Shown piece after piece: positions 34,792-49,128 of a DNA stretch of 64,000 bases (position 1 is its first letter; every line of letters begins with the position of its first letter). Location: assembly GCA_026026165.1 (NCBI GenBank), contig JAPEUD010000040.1:1-64000 (forward strand), given 5' to 3'. Source of the DNA: Sarea resinae (lineage: Eukaryota). Under the pieces are notes generated by a model, which was not told the origin of the DNA, did not search any database, and saw nothing but the letters and a program-made list of their open reading frames with translations. Position numbers and translations under genes: made by a program.

Positions 34792-37353
34792 ATGTCCCTG
34801 GAGCCTTCGAGCACAACCGGTCTCGGCGCTTCAGCCGTCAGCGAGAACACGACCGAGGCACATGCGAAAGAGCACGATCAAGATCCAGGTCAAGACCAGA
34901 TGGAGCTTCAGAACATGCAGCCGAATACTGCGGCTCCCGCTCAAGAGGACGATATATCTCTTCACGCTCGCATGGGAGATGTGGGCGCCGTCCAGCGCTT
35001 GTTCGAGAGCGGCAAGTTCGACGCCAGCTACAGAGATGAGACCGGACTTACTCCATTACACGTATGACCCTCTGCGTCCGTGTCTTCACATTCACGAACA
35101 TCACGGCCAACTGACTGACTGTCGCTACGTAGTGGGCCGCCGGCAACAATCACTATGCGCTCTGCAAGTTCCTCATCGACTCGGGCGCTGATGTCAACGC
35201 CGTCGGCGGAGAGCTGGAATCGACCCCGGCCATGTGGGCGACCAAGAGGTGCCATTGCTATGTCGTCAATCTGCTCCTGCAACATGGGGCAGATCCTCTT
35301 CTCATGGACTCGCAAGGCTTCAACATGCTTCACATTGCGACCTTTGATGGCAACGTCTTCCTCATGACTATCCTCCTACATCAGAACATCCCCGTCGACG
35401 TGCCGGATACACATAGTCACACGTGTCTGATGTGGGCTGCTTACAACAGATACCCTCTGATCGTTGATCTTCTCCTGCGATGGGGCGCCAACGTCTATGC
35501 GCGGGACGACAAGGGATTTACCGCTCTCCATTGGGCTCTTGTGAGAGGCTCGCATGGCTGTATACAGAAGTTGATCGAATACGGATCCGATCGGTTTGCC
35601 GAGACTACGGACGGCAAGACCCCTGCCATCACAGCTCAGGAGATGGGTACGGTCCGAGTATGGCATCGCGCTCTTTCGGAATCGGGTTTCAATTCGGACG
35701 GAACGATCAAGACGTTCAAGTTCCCGCTTGCGTCTGTGGTCAAGAATAAAAGGACGTTCATGTCGAGGATATACTTCTTGGGACCTTTCCTGCTTATCTT
35801 TTGGGTCATTATGATATTGAGTCACATGTTTGTGTATGCGGCGGTGCCCTTGGTGCTTTTCTTGTCATATTCCATGCAATGGGCCGCTCAGTGGGGTTTG
35901 AAGTGGGCTCCTTCAGATATGCGTCAATTGCATCGGACGGTATGTTGCCTCTGCAGTCTACTTGCGCAATACAGCTGACAGGATCGCAGCCCTGGCTCGC
36001 TGGCATATTTGCGGGAACTTGCTTCTGGGTGGGAGTAACCTGGCTGACGACACTATCACGAAGTATGTGCCTGCCTCCATGTCTGAGTCTTTGCTCACAT
36101 TTGCCAGATACATTTTCCACGAATCCCATCTATAATGTAATATTCGGTATTTCCTATTCACTGTGCGCGTACTTTTACGGCTGCAGCATCTTAGAAGACC
36201 CAGGCTACGTGCCCAAGTCGGGGAGTCGAAGTCAGCAAAAGGCCGTAGTCGAGGAGCTCCTTAGCCAATGGAGATATGACGAGCATAATTTCTGTACTCA
36301 CTGCATGGTTCGCATGCCCCTACGAAGCAAGCACTGCAAGAGATGTGCCCGATGCATCGCCAAGCATGATCAGTACGCTCTTATTCCCTCCCCCATACCC
36401 ATCCCCTGCTTCTTCCCTTGCTGACCTTCCCAGTCACTGCCCATGGATTCACAATTGTGTTGGTGTCAATAATCACCGCCATTTCTTCCTCTACATAGTA
36501 TTCTTGGAGATCGGCATCATTCTTTTCGTACGACTCGTCCTTGCGCGTGAGCCGCTCCCTCTTCTTATCTTCAAGACCAATCCAATAATTAACGCCGATA
36601 GATCTCGAGAACATCCCCGATCCCCCCATAGCCGAGTGCAACATCCTTGAGGGCTTCGCCTGCACTCAATACCTAAAGGACCCCTTCACCATCATCCTTG
36701 CCATATGGAGCATCCTCCAACTCACATGGGTGACGATGCTTCTGTTCGTCCAGCTCGTCCAGATCTCCCGCGCCCAGACCACCTACGAGAATGTCCACCA
36801 CAATCTCCATCCTGAAGACTCCATGCGCACCTCCAAACCGACCGACCATCTCGCTTCCCTGATAACGTCCGGCACCACCTCCCTCGACGACGCGCAGCTT
36901 ATGGGCCCCGGTGCAAGTCCTGGCCCTACCAACACTACCACCTCGGCCACAGGACCCAGCACAACTCCACACAACAGCCGGCGCGAATCCTGTCTCTCGC
37001 GCTGGAAGAAACTCCTCGGTCTCGACACCTTCATCGAAACGGCCTTTTATGGCTACAAGGGTCGACAGGCGCGCCAAGCCGCCCACCGCGCCGGCCGCGG
37101 CGGCGTTCGCACCAACCCCTTCTCGCGTGGCATCCTGACCAATTGCAAGGACTTCTGGTGTGATCCCGCGCCCGTGTTCGGCAAGCGAGAGAGCGGCAAT
37201 GCGATGCTGGATGGCGAGGTGGTCAATTATGCTCGCATGTACGATGCGCCGATGCGCATGTCGAGAGGTCGTGCGAGACGGACGGGCGATGGTGGGGCCG
37301 TGTATTCATGCATAGCAGGCGACGGGACAGGCGAGGGCGATGATGCTGTTTGA
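34792..37353 (+). CDS. AKR1: Ankyrin-repeat DHHC palmitoyltransferase
   Basis: Ankyrin repeats (TPLHWAA, TALHWA), TM segments, [28 protein letters not shown] (DHHC split by an intron), TTYE and NPFSRG..NCKDFW. Confidence 0.95.
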
Positions 37354-38551
37354 GCCCGAGGACTTTGGCATGAAGTGACCGCAGATTCGAAACGCTCCTA
37401 TTGAGTATTTCGCTTCCATGTTTCACGGGACGAGCGGAGTATATATACAAGAGTTCATGCCTTGGCCGTATGTGTAATGATAATGAAGAAGCGTTCTTTA
37501 TGCATCGAAGTGAGCTAGCGGAGAGCTTCACTACATGGGCGATGACCCTACATTTATATCGACAGCAAATACGGCTGTTCGATTTAGCTACTTTAGCTTC
37601 CGTGATAGGCTCGTATACCGGTCTCCGAACGACGAAAAAGATTCGTGGCGAGGAAATCTCCAAGCTTAAAAAAATCAGTCAGCTCAGAAATTGGCGCCTT
37701 TTGATCAACATGTCCAGTCATCTGATTGCCTTATCGGGGTTGCTGTCCACGGCCGATGCTGTCGACTTGCTGCGGCTTGATCTAGTGGTTGTCCAAGCAG
37801 AAGACTCTCTACGCCATTCTCAAATTGCTTGTGCAGGACGGTAAAAAGTCCTGGCCGCTCCATCAATAACGGTTACTTGACTATCTACTATATCGAGAGC
37901 TCAGTCTCCTAATTGAACAAAGTCATGTATATATACGAGGCATGTAATCACTCCCGAAACGGCCAAAGCTCGCAGATTTCATTAGCCGTCATTTGTACTC
38001 GTGGCTATAGTTCATAATCTTCCGCAGCAACTCTATTACTTGCTGATCCTTTGACCCGAAGGGAAGTTGCGGAGCAAGCTAGCTTTCCAAGTCCATGTCC
38101 AGAGATTCCTTGGCAAGATCGTGAACCAATTACAGCTTACGATAGTCTTTAAATTTCCGTTCGTGTTCGTATATATCAATCCGCTTGTGAAAGTGGAAGA
38201 CAAAGGCCTCCAGGAGATCAAGGTTCTGCTGGCACGCTTACTTCTCCCTTCACAATGTGAACCTTTTACTGTTTTTCGGGAATATAACTAATCATCAATT
38301 TTGGGTCGAAGGAAGGGCAGGTATACGGTCCTCACAGGACGTAACGGAGGCCTTTCAGACCGGCAAAGGGGTCAATTGGTTCTATTTCTTCGTCTTCTAA
38401 CAGCGTAAACCTCTAGTTCCGCTTCGGTAGTCCTTTCGCAGGAGTATGTACAGTCAGCTTCCCCTTTCCCCGCGTTTTGTAGCCATAGCTCCAGACAATT
38501 ACGAAACAAGCAACAGTCGCGGTATTGCTGATGCAGGCCCACATGAAAAGC

Positions 38552-41500
38552 TCAGTACTCGAAATCGTCATCGACAGCCGGACCTTTGTTCTTCGCTACG
38601 CTCTCCTGCTTGCGATACATCTCCGCCACCTGGCTACTGGCGGTCGCCATATCCGGCTTCTTATCGTCTCTCTGCCGGACAAACCTCGGAAAGCGCAGAC
38701 TGACGCCTCTACCCGCCCCGCTGGGGTCGCTGACCTCGGCACTAGCAGCTTTGTATCTCGGGCTGAGCGTCAGATCGGCCGTCTTGACCTCCCATACAAA
38801 GCGCGGCTCGAACCAGACGTCCGGTTGATCTTTTGGGACACTGGAGTGCGCGTAGAATGGTTTAGGGCGCTCGATGACGTGTGCGGAGAGCGACGTGTGC
38901 AATTCTTCGAGAATGGCCTCGGAAAATCCAGTGCCGATGTTGCAGACAGATTCATACTTTTCCGAGTTCGGGTTGTAGCAGGCCAGGAGAAAAGCACCGT
39001 AGACCGAGGTACGTTTGCCGCGGCCGTAATAGGCGCCCAGAACGACGAGATCGAGGGAATCACCCACGCCGGAAAGGTAGTCCTTCTTGATCTACAAAAG
39101 GGGCATGTCAGAAAATGTCTGGTGGGCCAGGCATTCGGAAGATGGAGACGGCATACCTTGAGCCAATTACGACTCCGCTTGCTTGGTTCGTAGCCGCTTT
39201 CTTCGCCATCCAGCATCTTCACCATCAAGCCCTCGCAAGAAAATTTCACGCTCTCGTCCAATAGGTTTTGGATCTCTTCAAGTTCGTTCGTATCACCATA
39301 TTTAGCAAACGTGAATTCGCCCTCGACCTCTTCGAATGCACCTCTCATGAGCTCTCGGCGCTCTCGGAGCGACTTTTTTACCACGCTCTGTGATATCCGA
39401 TTAGTGAGTGATGAGTAAACAGACGAAAAGGTCATACCTCGCCATTTAGGAAGAGCAGATCAAAGGCAAACACGCAGACCTTGACTTTTACGTCCTCAAC
39501 TTTCACGTCCTTACGTTTTCGGGTCATCAGCTGCTGAAATGGGAGTACTTTTTTCTCAACGAGATCCCAAGCCACCGTCTCGCAGTCGAGAACGAAACTC
39601 TGCGTGCCCTCTTTGACCCAGCTATCAAGCTTAGCCAGTATGTCCGGATACTTCTTTGAAAGATCCTCGGAATTGCGAGAGAATATGGCGGCAAGCCCAT
39701 TTTCACCCTTGCCCGGTAATTTGACGTTGCCAGAGTATTGCTGAGGAGAATCAGGAGAGACGTAGTGTATTTGAGCACGTTCGCCATCGTATTTGTATTC
39801 GCATGTGAAGCTCTTTCCTTCAAAACGATCCAGGACTTCGGTGATGGCTTTGGTAGGCTTAGCAAGCATAGGCTTCAATGGGACGCCAGGCTGCAAGTTG
39901 CAGGTGTCTCGGAGATTGAAGATGCCGTGTTCGAGCATGGCTGGAATGACAACTTCGTAACTCGGGAGTTCACTATGATGTATTAGCAGGTGAAAATAGC
40001 CCAAGATTACCCAAGGCGAACCTATATACGGCTTTCAAAATAGCTTCGCCTTTGGCTAGCTGCTCCGTGCTTGGCAACTTGTTCCCCGCTTGCCCCGTCT
40101 CATGTATGACCATTGCCTGAGCCAGAGCTACCAGTACGGTCTTCTCAGCCAAGCCCAGCCTCATTTTACCCTCCAGCGTTCTCACGATGAACTTGGCTTC
40201 ACTCGGCCCACCTTTGTCTTTATAGATATCAACACCTTTACTGCCCTTGCCAGCAAGATTGGCGTCTGCAGCTGAGAGCAATTTCTTGATACCACCGACC
40301 TTTCTAGCTTGTGCACCTTGGCCTTCAATAGTAGCAATAGCCATCAATCCTTCATGGACTCCACGAACGGTCAATGGTCTGGGTTTGAACATGGTAGGCT
40401 GATTCGATCGGCTTTTGGCGGCCACCAAACCCAAATCGCCAATTTCGTGCTGATCGGACTTTATGATCGCCAGGTTCCTTCCAGTGGTCTCTCCAATAGC
40501 TTTCATGATCAATGATTCGCCGATACCTAGCTCAATACCTGCATAATCCGGCGCGAGCTTGTTGATCATCAACTGTACCGTAGGTAGCAGATCGGTGGGT
40601 GTCAGACGGAGAACTTGGCGGAGAAATAGCGAGCAATGCGCAAGTATGATCAGTCGCTTTGTCGTCAGCTCGATCAGAGAAAACGTGGTACACAATGCCG
40701 CGTAAGGAACCGGCTCCCCAGCTTTCCAATCGGGATAAGGGTCATTTCTGCTGCTCTGAAGAGTTGACTGGACCTTCTCTCGAGCCTTTTCGACAATCTC
40801 TGGCTTCTCCTCATCGTCTGATTCGGTCACCTCTCCGTCTTTCTCAGCTGCGGACTCTTCGGCGGACGAGCTCTGCTCAACTGCTGGCATTTTCCCTTTC
40901 CCCTTCGGACCGGACTTTGACGTTGATTCGCTTTCGGATTCCGCTCCAGGCTCCTTCTTTATCCCTTTCTTGCCCTTGCTTTTTGGAGAATGGGGCTTTG
41001 AGGCCGACTTAGGCTGTCGAGCTTTGGGACTGCGCCTCCGCTTCTTGCTTACTGGCTCCTCATCCTCTTCGTCTTCCGCCTCCTCCGTCGACTCCTCCTT
41101 GGTGGTCTTAGGGGATGGCGATGATGAGCGCTGACGTTTTATTGCGGTTTCTAATTGCTCAGACGTGGATTAGCTGTACGGTAGTATGTCGGTTGGGGAG
41201 CCAGGGCTCACCCGACTTCGCGTTCGCTTTCGGAGATTTCATGCCATTGAGGCCATGACTTTCGTCCTTTGGTGTATTGGTTGTGGACATCTCCATATCA
41301 GCTTCGGCAGATGTCAATCCTGACTTCTCTTCCCCTTCATTACCCGTCATAGGAATATCATCTTCATGTTTGGGTGCGGAGGCTTTGGAAGAGAAAGCGA
41401 GTCTTGATTGCTGAGGTTTCGGGGGTTTTGATCCATTCGGGTTGCCAAAGAACTTCCTGCAACGATAAGTTCGTAAGTCAAGACTGTGAAAGACAAAGAT

Positions 41501-41578
41501 CTTCGAAAACGAGATGGCGCACCCCAAAGTGGTCTGAGCGGGTTTGACATACCCCAATGTGGCTTGCTTTGGAGCCAT
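38552..41578 (-). CDS. CDC9: DNA ligase I
   Basis: EYKYDGERAQ (adenylation Lys), FVLDCE, AFDLL, EGLMVK, WLK..KKDY and SLRFPRF; multiple introns; in-frame upstream extension to 41941. Confidence 0.97.
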
Positions 41579-42334
41579 GGTCAATCTCTGCGAAATGATC
41601 CCGCCTCCTGTCCGCAGAGCGCCGAAAGCTGTGACACCGTTGGGGATTCGTCGTAATATTGAGTAAGGCGACGTTGGCGATGGTGGTTTGCGAGGTGGTT
41701 TCCAACTGCGCAAGATCACTCGAGAAGCGGGAAAAGGTGTCCGGCAGGAAGCCACGACTTTGACGGTATACGGAGAATGCACTTTGAAGACGGTCGCCGA
41801 GTCATTGCCCGCGGGAGTTGAAGTCAATAGCAAAGGATGGAGAGAACCACGGAGATGTTGATATTGATGCAGATGAACATATCCATCACAATGCTGCCTG
41901 GGCTGTTTCCACCTCAGGTCGTCGTCAAAACGGGCAATCATGACGCGCTACTTTCAGGCAGACGCGAGGATCGTGTAGATCGCGTTATGGGCCTAGCGAG
42001 GTACACGAACCACCCAATCTGTATTCAGTAGGTACTTCGTACTCGGTGGCTCCTCCTCTGCCAGCCGTTGCCAATCGTCGAGGCAATTCATAAACCCATC
42101 AGTCAAGACAAGTCACAATCTTGATTCACGATAAGATTATTCATGTTCGCATTCGATTTGGGGTAGGTTCCCCTCTATTTCGCATCACTCTTCTATCGTC
42201 AAAATCATCCTGGCCGTGGGCAGCATCGCCGAAGAAAAAGAACTTGCAAAACGAGCAATGGCAATCGCTTCAAAGTAGAAAGGCTCTGAGGCAGTAGTCC
42301 GACTTCATATTTGAGGCGCTTGGTCGCCACCTGA

Positions 42335-44147
42335 TCAAGGCGTGCATCTCCCCGTAAAGCGAGGATACAAGGAGCACTCTCGGACGGTCCACCGCCCGCA
42401 CATCCAGGCCAAAATTCGCTCAAGTCCAAGACCGTAGCCACCATGGGGCGAGGTTCCGTATCTATATACACATCCGTTAGTATATCTGCTCATACTCTGC
42501 GTGATGTGGGAGACGAATTGCTTACTTTCGCTGGTCTGTATACCAGTAGTAAGGAGCCGGATCGATGCCCTCTCTCGTGTATGCGGCCATGAGTTCTTCG
42601 TAATCGTACATCCTCATGCTTCCGCCTACAATCTCTCCGACACCCGGCACCAAGCAGTCGACACTCTCCGTCACTCGAGGGTCTGTCTTGTCTTTCTGCA
42701 TGTAGAAGGCCTTGATCTCCACGGGAAAATGCGTCAAAAAGATGGGTCGGTTGATTTCGTCCGTCATCTTCCTCTCTGCAGCCTCGGCAATATCATCACC
42801 AAAGGTATGGGGCTGCCCTTCTTCGTTGGGAATACCTTTTTCACGGAGCCAGTCAATAGCTTCGGAGTATCGCATCCGCATAAATGGACGCTCCGGAGCC
42901 TTGAAGTCGGGGTTAAGCTCTTTAATCATCTTCGCTGTTAAGGGATCCTCGAGGATGAGATCGACGACACGGCACATGACAGTCTCGAGATGGACCAGCA
43001 AGTCATCAAAGGCGATAAAGTCGAGTTCTGCCTCGATGTGGGTATATTCAGAAAGATGTCTTCGGGTCAGGGACTTCTCTGCTCGGAAAGATGGTGCAAT
43101 GCAAAACACGTCACCAAGTGATGGTAGGCAGGTCTCCAGGTACAGCTGGGAGGATTGAGTAAGATATGCCTTCTCGCCATAGTAATCAAAAGCGAAGAGT
43201 GTGGCACCGCCTTCCACTTGGGTTTGCACCATACACGGTGGGGTGACTTCGAGGAGAGATGTCTCCTCGTAGGTCTTCCGGAAAGCCCGCAGCACGGCAG
43301 CGCGTACTTTCATCACCGAAGACGAGGTTTCTCCACGAAGAACAAGGTGGCGTAAGTCCAGGAGTGTCTGAGGGTCTGCGTCAGGGGCCACACGCGTGGT
43401 GATGGCTTCCTTGTCGCCTGCGGCCTTCCCAATGACCTCGAAATAGTCGGCGTGGAGCTCGCGGTTGTCCGGGGCATGCTGCTTAGATGGTACCTCCCAC
43501 ATCTCGCCGCGAATATCCATCGAGGTTTCCAACGTCAGAGTCAACGCATCGAAGGTCTTGGCCAGATCGCCCGTAAGAACGCACTGCAAGAAGCCATATC
43601 CATCTTGCAAGGTGATGAACATGACATCCTTCTGCGATCGTACTCGATGTGCGCGGCCCAGCACACGTACCCGTGTTCCGCGCTCTTCGTCGGCGCCGGT
43701 ACCCTTTCGTAGCTTGACCACCTCTGGGTTTTTTTCGTTCAATCGAATCTTGGTCGCCTTGGGCAGGGTCGCGTCCTCCTTGATGACGATCTTCTTTGCC
43801 TCCTCGAGCGCTTGGCTCCGCTTCTCGGCTTCCTTCTCGCGGGCAATGACCAATTCTTGTTCACGAGCGGCCTTCTTCTTGTGCTGTTCGTAGAGGTTGG
43901 CGACCTTCTTCAGTGCGGATTTGGTGGCGGGCTTCCACTCCGATCGGGCGGCCGGATCGCCATCTTCGCTCACGGGACCGGTGACGGATTTGCGGGTCAC
44001 GTAGGAGATGCCTTCGGGGGCAATGGCGTGCCGGATGTGGGCGTAGAGGAGGGTCTTGTAGGGCGCATCTTCGGTGCCGGTGGCCTGTTCGGTGTCGCTG
44101 CCGACATCCTCGTCGATGTGGATGGTGCTCGGGGCGATGGTCGCCAT
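42335..44147 (-). CDS. DED81: Cytoplasmic asparaginyl-tRNA synthetase
   Basis: VEGGATLF, YLTQSSQLYLE, FRAEKSLTRRHLSEY and GEIVGGSMR; last exon YGTSPHGGYGLGLER..YPRFTGRCTP after an intron at ~42459-42524. Confidence 0.97.
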
Positions 44148-45570
44148 GTCGAGCGGTCAATGGCGGGAGGAAGGAGGATGGGAGCGGTGAGCGGGGGAGT
44201 AGAGGGGTTGCAATTATTTCGTGAGGCAAGTGTTGACAATGATCCAGGATTTGGATGATGGATGGGGGATCTAGACGGGAATAATGGGGAATTTTGACGG
44301 TCACAGGCGCACTACCGTAACCTAATTATCTTCCGATCTGAATGAGTCAAGCGCGAAATTGCATTGTGTCGCATGGTAAGTCGGGATGAGAAGTGAGTCA
44401 AGCGAGGTTCTTTCGGGGATGTACCGATGCACTAGATCTGTGTGGGCGAGTACTTCAGCCCACCAGATCAGATCGATCCTCTTTGAGAGAGAACTTTGAA
44501 GCAACTGAAGGGAACGAACGCAGCAAGGGAAAAGGCCAATTACGGTACGGTGTTCATTTTACGCGCCGAAAAAGAAAAGAAGCCGCTGATCGAGGAGGTC
44601 TCATGGCGAGCTGTGGCTTGACTTCATCTTGCCCCTTTGGTCGTTCCTGCTACGGCCTTGGCGTGAAGCTAACTTTGATTGCGCCGACGTCAGCGACGAG
44701 AGCTTCGCAAGACTCTCGACAGGCAATCCCCGTCTTCGAGACGTAAGTACTTCGTAGCTGTTGAGCACCTCATGCAATAAGAGAAAGGACTTCTCCGACT
44801 GGGAGCTGAGAAGGCCGACGCCCTCAGGAGAGCCATGGTCAAGGGTGATCCTTCGGTAAGGTCCTCATGGAGTCGACAGGGAGGATGATAATCATGGGGG
44901 AACACAAGCACAAAGTACGAGATACTGCGTACTTCAGTACAGGACAGAATCTGTTACGCACTGTCAGGTATTTGTCGTAGCCAGTACCCGGTGGACGTGC
45001 AGAGTACGGAGTACTACGTAGTAGAGTCGATGTACTGGGTACCCCACTGCGGTCTCAGATCGGTGGCTTTGATGGCTTTGATGGCTTCAATGGCTTCGAT
45101 GTTATTCGACTTCCTTACATTGGTCAGTCTGTCGTCTTCAGCATTACGAGCAATGATCAGATACTACTGACGGTTGATTGATATTTCCCAAGTGAACGAA
45201 TCGATTGACCTGGGGGTTACGGGTAATCAGCGGGGCAGCCTTGTTTACCATTGGATTCGGCTCCCTTTTGCCTTGTCCCTGAGTTGCAGTCCCCTGAGGT
45301 AGTTAGTGCCCTTAGTACCCTCACCACCTCTGAAGTACCTACCTAAGTAGTTAGTTACCCTTTACTACCTACCTCCCTACCTTAGGCAGTACCTTGCCTA
45401 CCTGCTTTGGGTACCTGTAGCCTGCGGTGCCTGAGCCTCCAGGCCTGTTCCTGAACGTTGACGGTTCATGGCCGTGTCTCTCTGCCCGGACTAGGCTAGT
45501 CCCGACAACAACACAACAGCTGCAGCTCCGTCGCTCCTCCTTTAACTGGACTGCCAATCCCTGTACCTTC

Positions 45571-45571
45571 C

Positions 45572-45611
<40 letters not shown>

Positions 45612-45630
45612 CCCCCCCCCCCCCCCCCCC
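45571..45630. repeat. ~60-bp poly-C tract, followed by short microsatellites (ATTTCC, CTA) to ~45800
   Basis: Direct inspection. Confidence 0.92.
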
Positions 45631-46515
45631 TAACTGCCTGGCTGCCCTCAATTCTACCGCCGCGACGAACAAAACAACACTGAGTCCTATCCCTTTCGGG
45701 ACGTCGGGCGTTTCTTTCATTTCCATTTCCATTTCCCACTCCACCTCGACCTCGACCACAGTACCACTACTGCTACTACTACCACTACTACCTACTACTA
45801 CGCTCATTCAATTAATCTCCTGCCTTTGCTTTGCATTGCATTCATTCTTCTTTTTCCCTTCCTACCTAATTCTCTCACGATCGTTCACTGCGACACCTCC
45901 CGTCGATCCAGTGCTTTCTCGCTTCAGCCGCTGCTATTCTTCATCATCCTCTTCTTTCTTCCATTCACTCTTTCGTCGACTCGCTCCTTGTTTTGGATCG
46001 GGTGAAGTGCGGCCACTTTCATCGCGTCAGACGGCAACACTCCATTCTTTATTCCTTGTCCTATCCTTTCGACCCGGCCGTGAAAGATCGACTTGAACCA
46101 GCCTCGATATCGACCTTGATCATCATCGCTCCTATCTGTACACCTACGACAATTGTAATCCACCAGAACCCTTCACTGGCATCGCATCCGACGGCTCTCC
46201 CCGACTTTGCATTCATTGTCTGCCCTCTTTGAGCGAGTGGACGACGTCCGAGGGTACATACATATCTCTTCAGGTGCGTGCGTCGAGCGAGCTTCGTGGG
46301 CTCAGATCGCATGAGCGGAGGTTGATGTGTCTCACGACAGGTGCTTCGGCATTTCCAACGAATACATCGCCGTAATCCTTCACTGGACTCGCAGCATTGC
46401 TATCTGTTCTGTCTTGGTCCATTTCTCGGGGACCCGGACACCTTTATTACTCACAACGGCTGTTCTATCTCCCAACCGTCAGGACAGTTTCGTCCTGCCG
46501 CCGCATCTTCTCGGT

Positions 46516-49128
46516 ATGCAACAATCAGACAACGCTACCAACGGCTCGAGCATGGCATCAGGAAATCGGCACCCTCATCCCTTGTCGAAGTCATCGAACA
46601 TCAACGGGGAGCATACCGGATTTTCTCACGGGGCGTGGAACTCGAATCAGCAATCCCTTGGCGGCTATGGCGATCGACACCCTCGGAGAGCGAACCTATC
46701 GTCAATCAATACGGGTTCCTCGATGACGCAGGGCGGCCAGCAGAATATAAACGACATGGCCAGCCCTGGTACCGCGTTTGATATGCAATTCACGCCTCTC
46801 TTGCCCTCGCAGTTGCTGATGGGAAGCCCATTTCAGCCCGGTAGCCCTTCGACGTTTACCTCGCCCCAATTTTCCAACTTTGCCAACTTCCCTCAGTCCA
46901 ACAACAATGCTGCACAACAACAGAGTCAGCAAGGACAGATGAGCAGTCCCATCCAAGGACAGCAAAATTCCATCTCTCCTCAAATGTACCAGAGCCTTGT
47001 CTCGCCCCAGGGATACGGCGCTCCGCAATACTATGCTGCACCCCAGTCGCCAACGGGTGGCTTTGGAAATCTTGGAAATCAGACGCTTGGTGGACCGGGT
47101 CCGACAATGCAGATGGGTCCGGCCATGATGTCGGGTACGAGTCGAACCGTCTATTTGGGTAACATTCCACCGGAAACATCTGCGGAGGAAATTTTGAATC
47201 ATGTGCGGAGCGGACAGATTGAGTCTGTGAGACTGCTTCCGGATAAGAATTGCGCCTTCATCTCTTTCTTGGATGGCAGCTCTGCTACGCACTTCCATTC
47301 GGACGCTATCCTCAAGAAGCTATCAATCCGTGGCCAAGACATCAAGATTGGTTGGGGAAAGCCTTCTCAGGTGCCCACTTCGGTCGCCCTTGCGGTCCAG
47401 CAATCGGGTGCTTCCCGGAATGTGTACCTCGGAAACCTTCAGGAGGATGTGACCGAGGAAGAGCTTCGCGAAGATCTTGGAAAATTTGGGCCGATCGACA
47501 CGGTGAAGATCGTTAGAGAAAAGGCGATCGGTTTTGTTCACTTTCTATCCGTTGGAAACGCGATCAAGGCTGTATCTCAACTCCCTCAGGAGGCCAAATG
47601 GCAGGCTCCTCGGAGGGTCTATTACGGAAAGGATCGGTGTGCTTATGTCTCGAAGACTCAGCAACAGAATGCGGCACAGTACCTAGGTATTGCCCCAGGA
47701 TATGCCCACGTTTTGAACAGCGCCGATAGGGACCTTATCTCGAATGCCCTGGCACAGCAATCGGTTGCTGCTGCAGCCGTTGCTACATCAGCTGGCGGTG
47801 TAAACAACTTGGGTAATCGGACAGTCTACCTTGGAAACATCCATCCAGAGACAACCATTGAAGAGATCTGTAATGTCGTCAGAGGAGGCCTTTTGCATCA
47901 TATCCGTTACATACCCGACAAGCACATCTGCTTTGTTACATTCATTGACCCTACTTCCGCGGCCTCTTTCTACGCTCTAAGCAATCTGCAAGGTCTCATG
48001 ATCCACAACAGACGACTGAAGATTGGTTGGGGCAAGCATTCAGGGGCTCTGCCGCCGGCAATTGCTTTGGCCGTCAGTGGTGGCGCTTCCCGAAACGTCT
48101 ACATCGGTAATTTGGACGAGTCGTGGAGTGAAGAACGCTTGAGGCAAGACTTCTCCGAGTATGGTGAGATTGAACTTGTCAACACTCTTCGAGAGAAGAG
48201 CTGTGCCTTCGTGAACTTTACCAACATCGCGAACGCGATCAAGGCCATCGAGGCTATTAGAGGCCGTGACGAGTATAAGAGATTCAAGATCAACTTTGGT
48301 AAAGACCGTTGCGGCAACCAACCCCGCCAAGTCAACAATAGTCAACAACAGCAGCAGCAGCAGCAACAGCAGCAAGCTGGTACTCCTAATGGAAGAGATG
48401 GTATGGCCTCTCCTCCACCAATGAGCGGAGGACTTCAACCATCTCTTAGCCAGAACGGATCTGCCCCCAGCCCCACTGGTTCCGCCCTTTCTCCGGCTCC
48501 CGGTTCAACCGGCGCAGCCTCCAATGGGAGCCACCAGCAACAGCAATCACAGCATGCCCCGACCGCATCAGCGATCCTCAATGCCGGCAACAACAATCCT
48601 TTGACCCTATATCTCAGTCAAGTCTCTGGACAGCAAGCCCAACAGCAGCAGCAGCAACAGCAGCAACAGCAGCAGCAACAGTCACAGTCTCCTGATCCGT
48701 ACTCTGTTGCCGCTCTGCAACAACAGCAACAGCAAGTTCTGGCTGCTCAGCAAGCCGCCCTATACGGTGGAGCAGGCGGTGATCTGGCCAGCAACTCTGC
48801 GTTCGATGCAATTCAACAGCACGGTCAGGCCAACGGTAATGGCATCAACGTCTCGTCGGGTGCCTCAACAATTGGTGGCCTGTTGGCTCCTACAAACATG
48901 AATCTCAATGCCGCCCGTGGATCCCATGCACGTGCCGTCAGTCTGCCCGTCTTCTCCCAGGGACCTTTTGCTCAACAACCGCAGCCGCAACAACAGTCGG
49001 CACATCAGAGCAACTTCGGTAGCATGAGCTCTGCTTTTGGTGGATTCGGCGCTGGCGGATACGGCTTGGCTATTCAGGGGGACAGCGGGCTTCCTGGATG
49101 GGCGGAAGAAGAAATAGGAGCGCAGTAG
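46516..49128 (+). CDS. MRN1: Four-RRM RNA-binding protein (S. pombe Nrd1 / S. cerevisiae Mrn1 type) with Q-rich low-complexity tails
   Basis: Four RNP2 motifs ([32 protein letters not shown]), KIGWGK and YGKDRC/FGKDRC; intronless; first ATG at 46516. Confidence 0.9.
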   Translation: MQQSDNATNGSSMASGNRHPHPLSKSSNINGEHTGFSHGAWNSNQQSLGGYGDRHPRRANLSSINTGSSMTQGGQQNINDMASPGTAFDMQFTPLLPSQLLMGSPFQPGSPSTFTSPQFSNFANFPQSNNNAAQQQSQQGQMSSPIQGQQNSISPQMYQSLVSPQGYGAPQYYAAPQSPTGGFGNLGNQTLGGPGPTMQMGPAMMSGTSRTVYLGNIPPETSAEEILNHVRSGQIESVRLLPDKNCAFISFLDGSSATHFHSDAILKKLSIRGQDIKIGWGKPSQVPTSVALAVQQSGASRNVYLGNLQEDVTEEELREDLGKFGPIDTVKIVREKAIGFVHFLSVGNAIKAVSQLPQEAKWQAPRRVYYGKDRCAYVSKTQQQNAAQYLGIAPGYAHVLNSADRDLISNALAQQSVAAAAVATSAGGVNNLGNRTVYLGNIHPETTIEEICNVVRGGLLHHIRYIPDKHICFVTFIDPTSAASFYALSNLQGLMIHNRRLKIGWGKHSGALPPAIALAVSGGASRNVYIGNLDESWSEERLRQDFSEYGEIELVNTLREKSCAFVNFTNIANAIKAIEAIRGRDEYKRFKINFGKDRCGNQPRQVNNSQQQQQQQQQQQAGTPNGRDGMASPPPMSGGLQPSLSQNGSAPSPTGSALSPAPGSTGAASNGSHQQQQSQHAPTASAILNAGNNNPLTLYLSQVSGQQAQQQQQQQQQQQQQQSQSPDPYSVAALQQQQQQVLAAQQAALYGGAGGDLASNSAFDAIQQHGQANGNGINVSSGASTIGGLLAPTNMNLNAARGSHARAVSLPVFSQGPFAQQPQPQQQSAHQSNFGSMSSAFGGFGAGGYGLAIQGDSGLPGWAEEEIGAQ

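Noticed and set aside
37400..38400. Possible gene between AKR1 and DNA ligase
   Set aside because: Only short ORFs and a stop-interrupted minus-strand frame with no recognisable motif; at most an unidentifiable relic.
45427..45807. Poly-Pro and poly-Gly ORFs
   Set aside because: Artefacts of the poly-C tract; the same applies to ORFs over the poly-G tract at ~19.9 kb.
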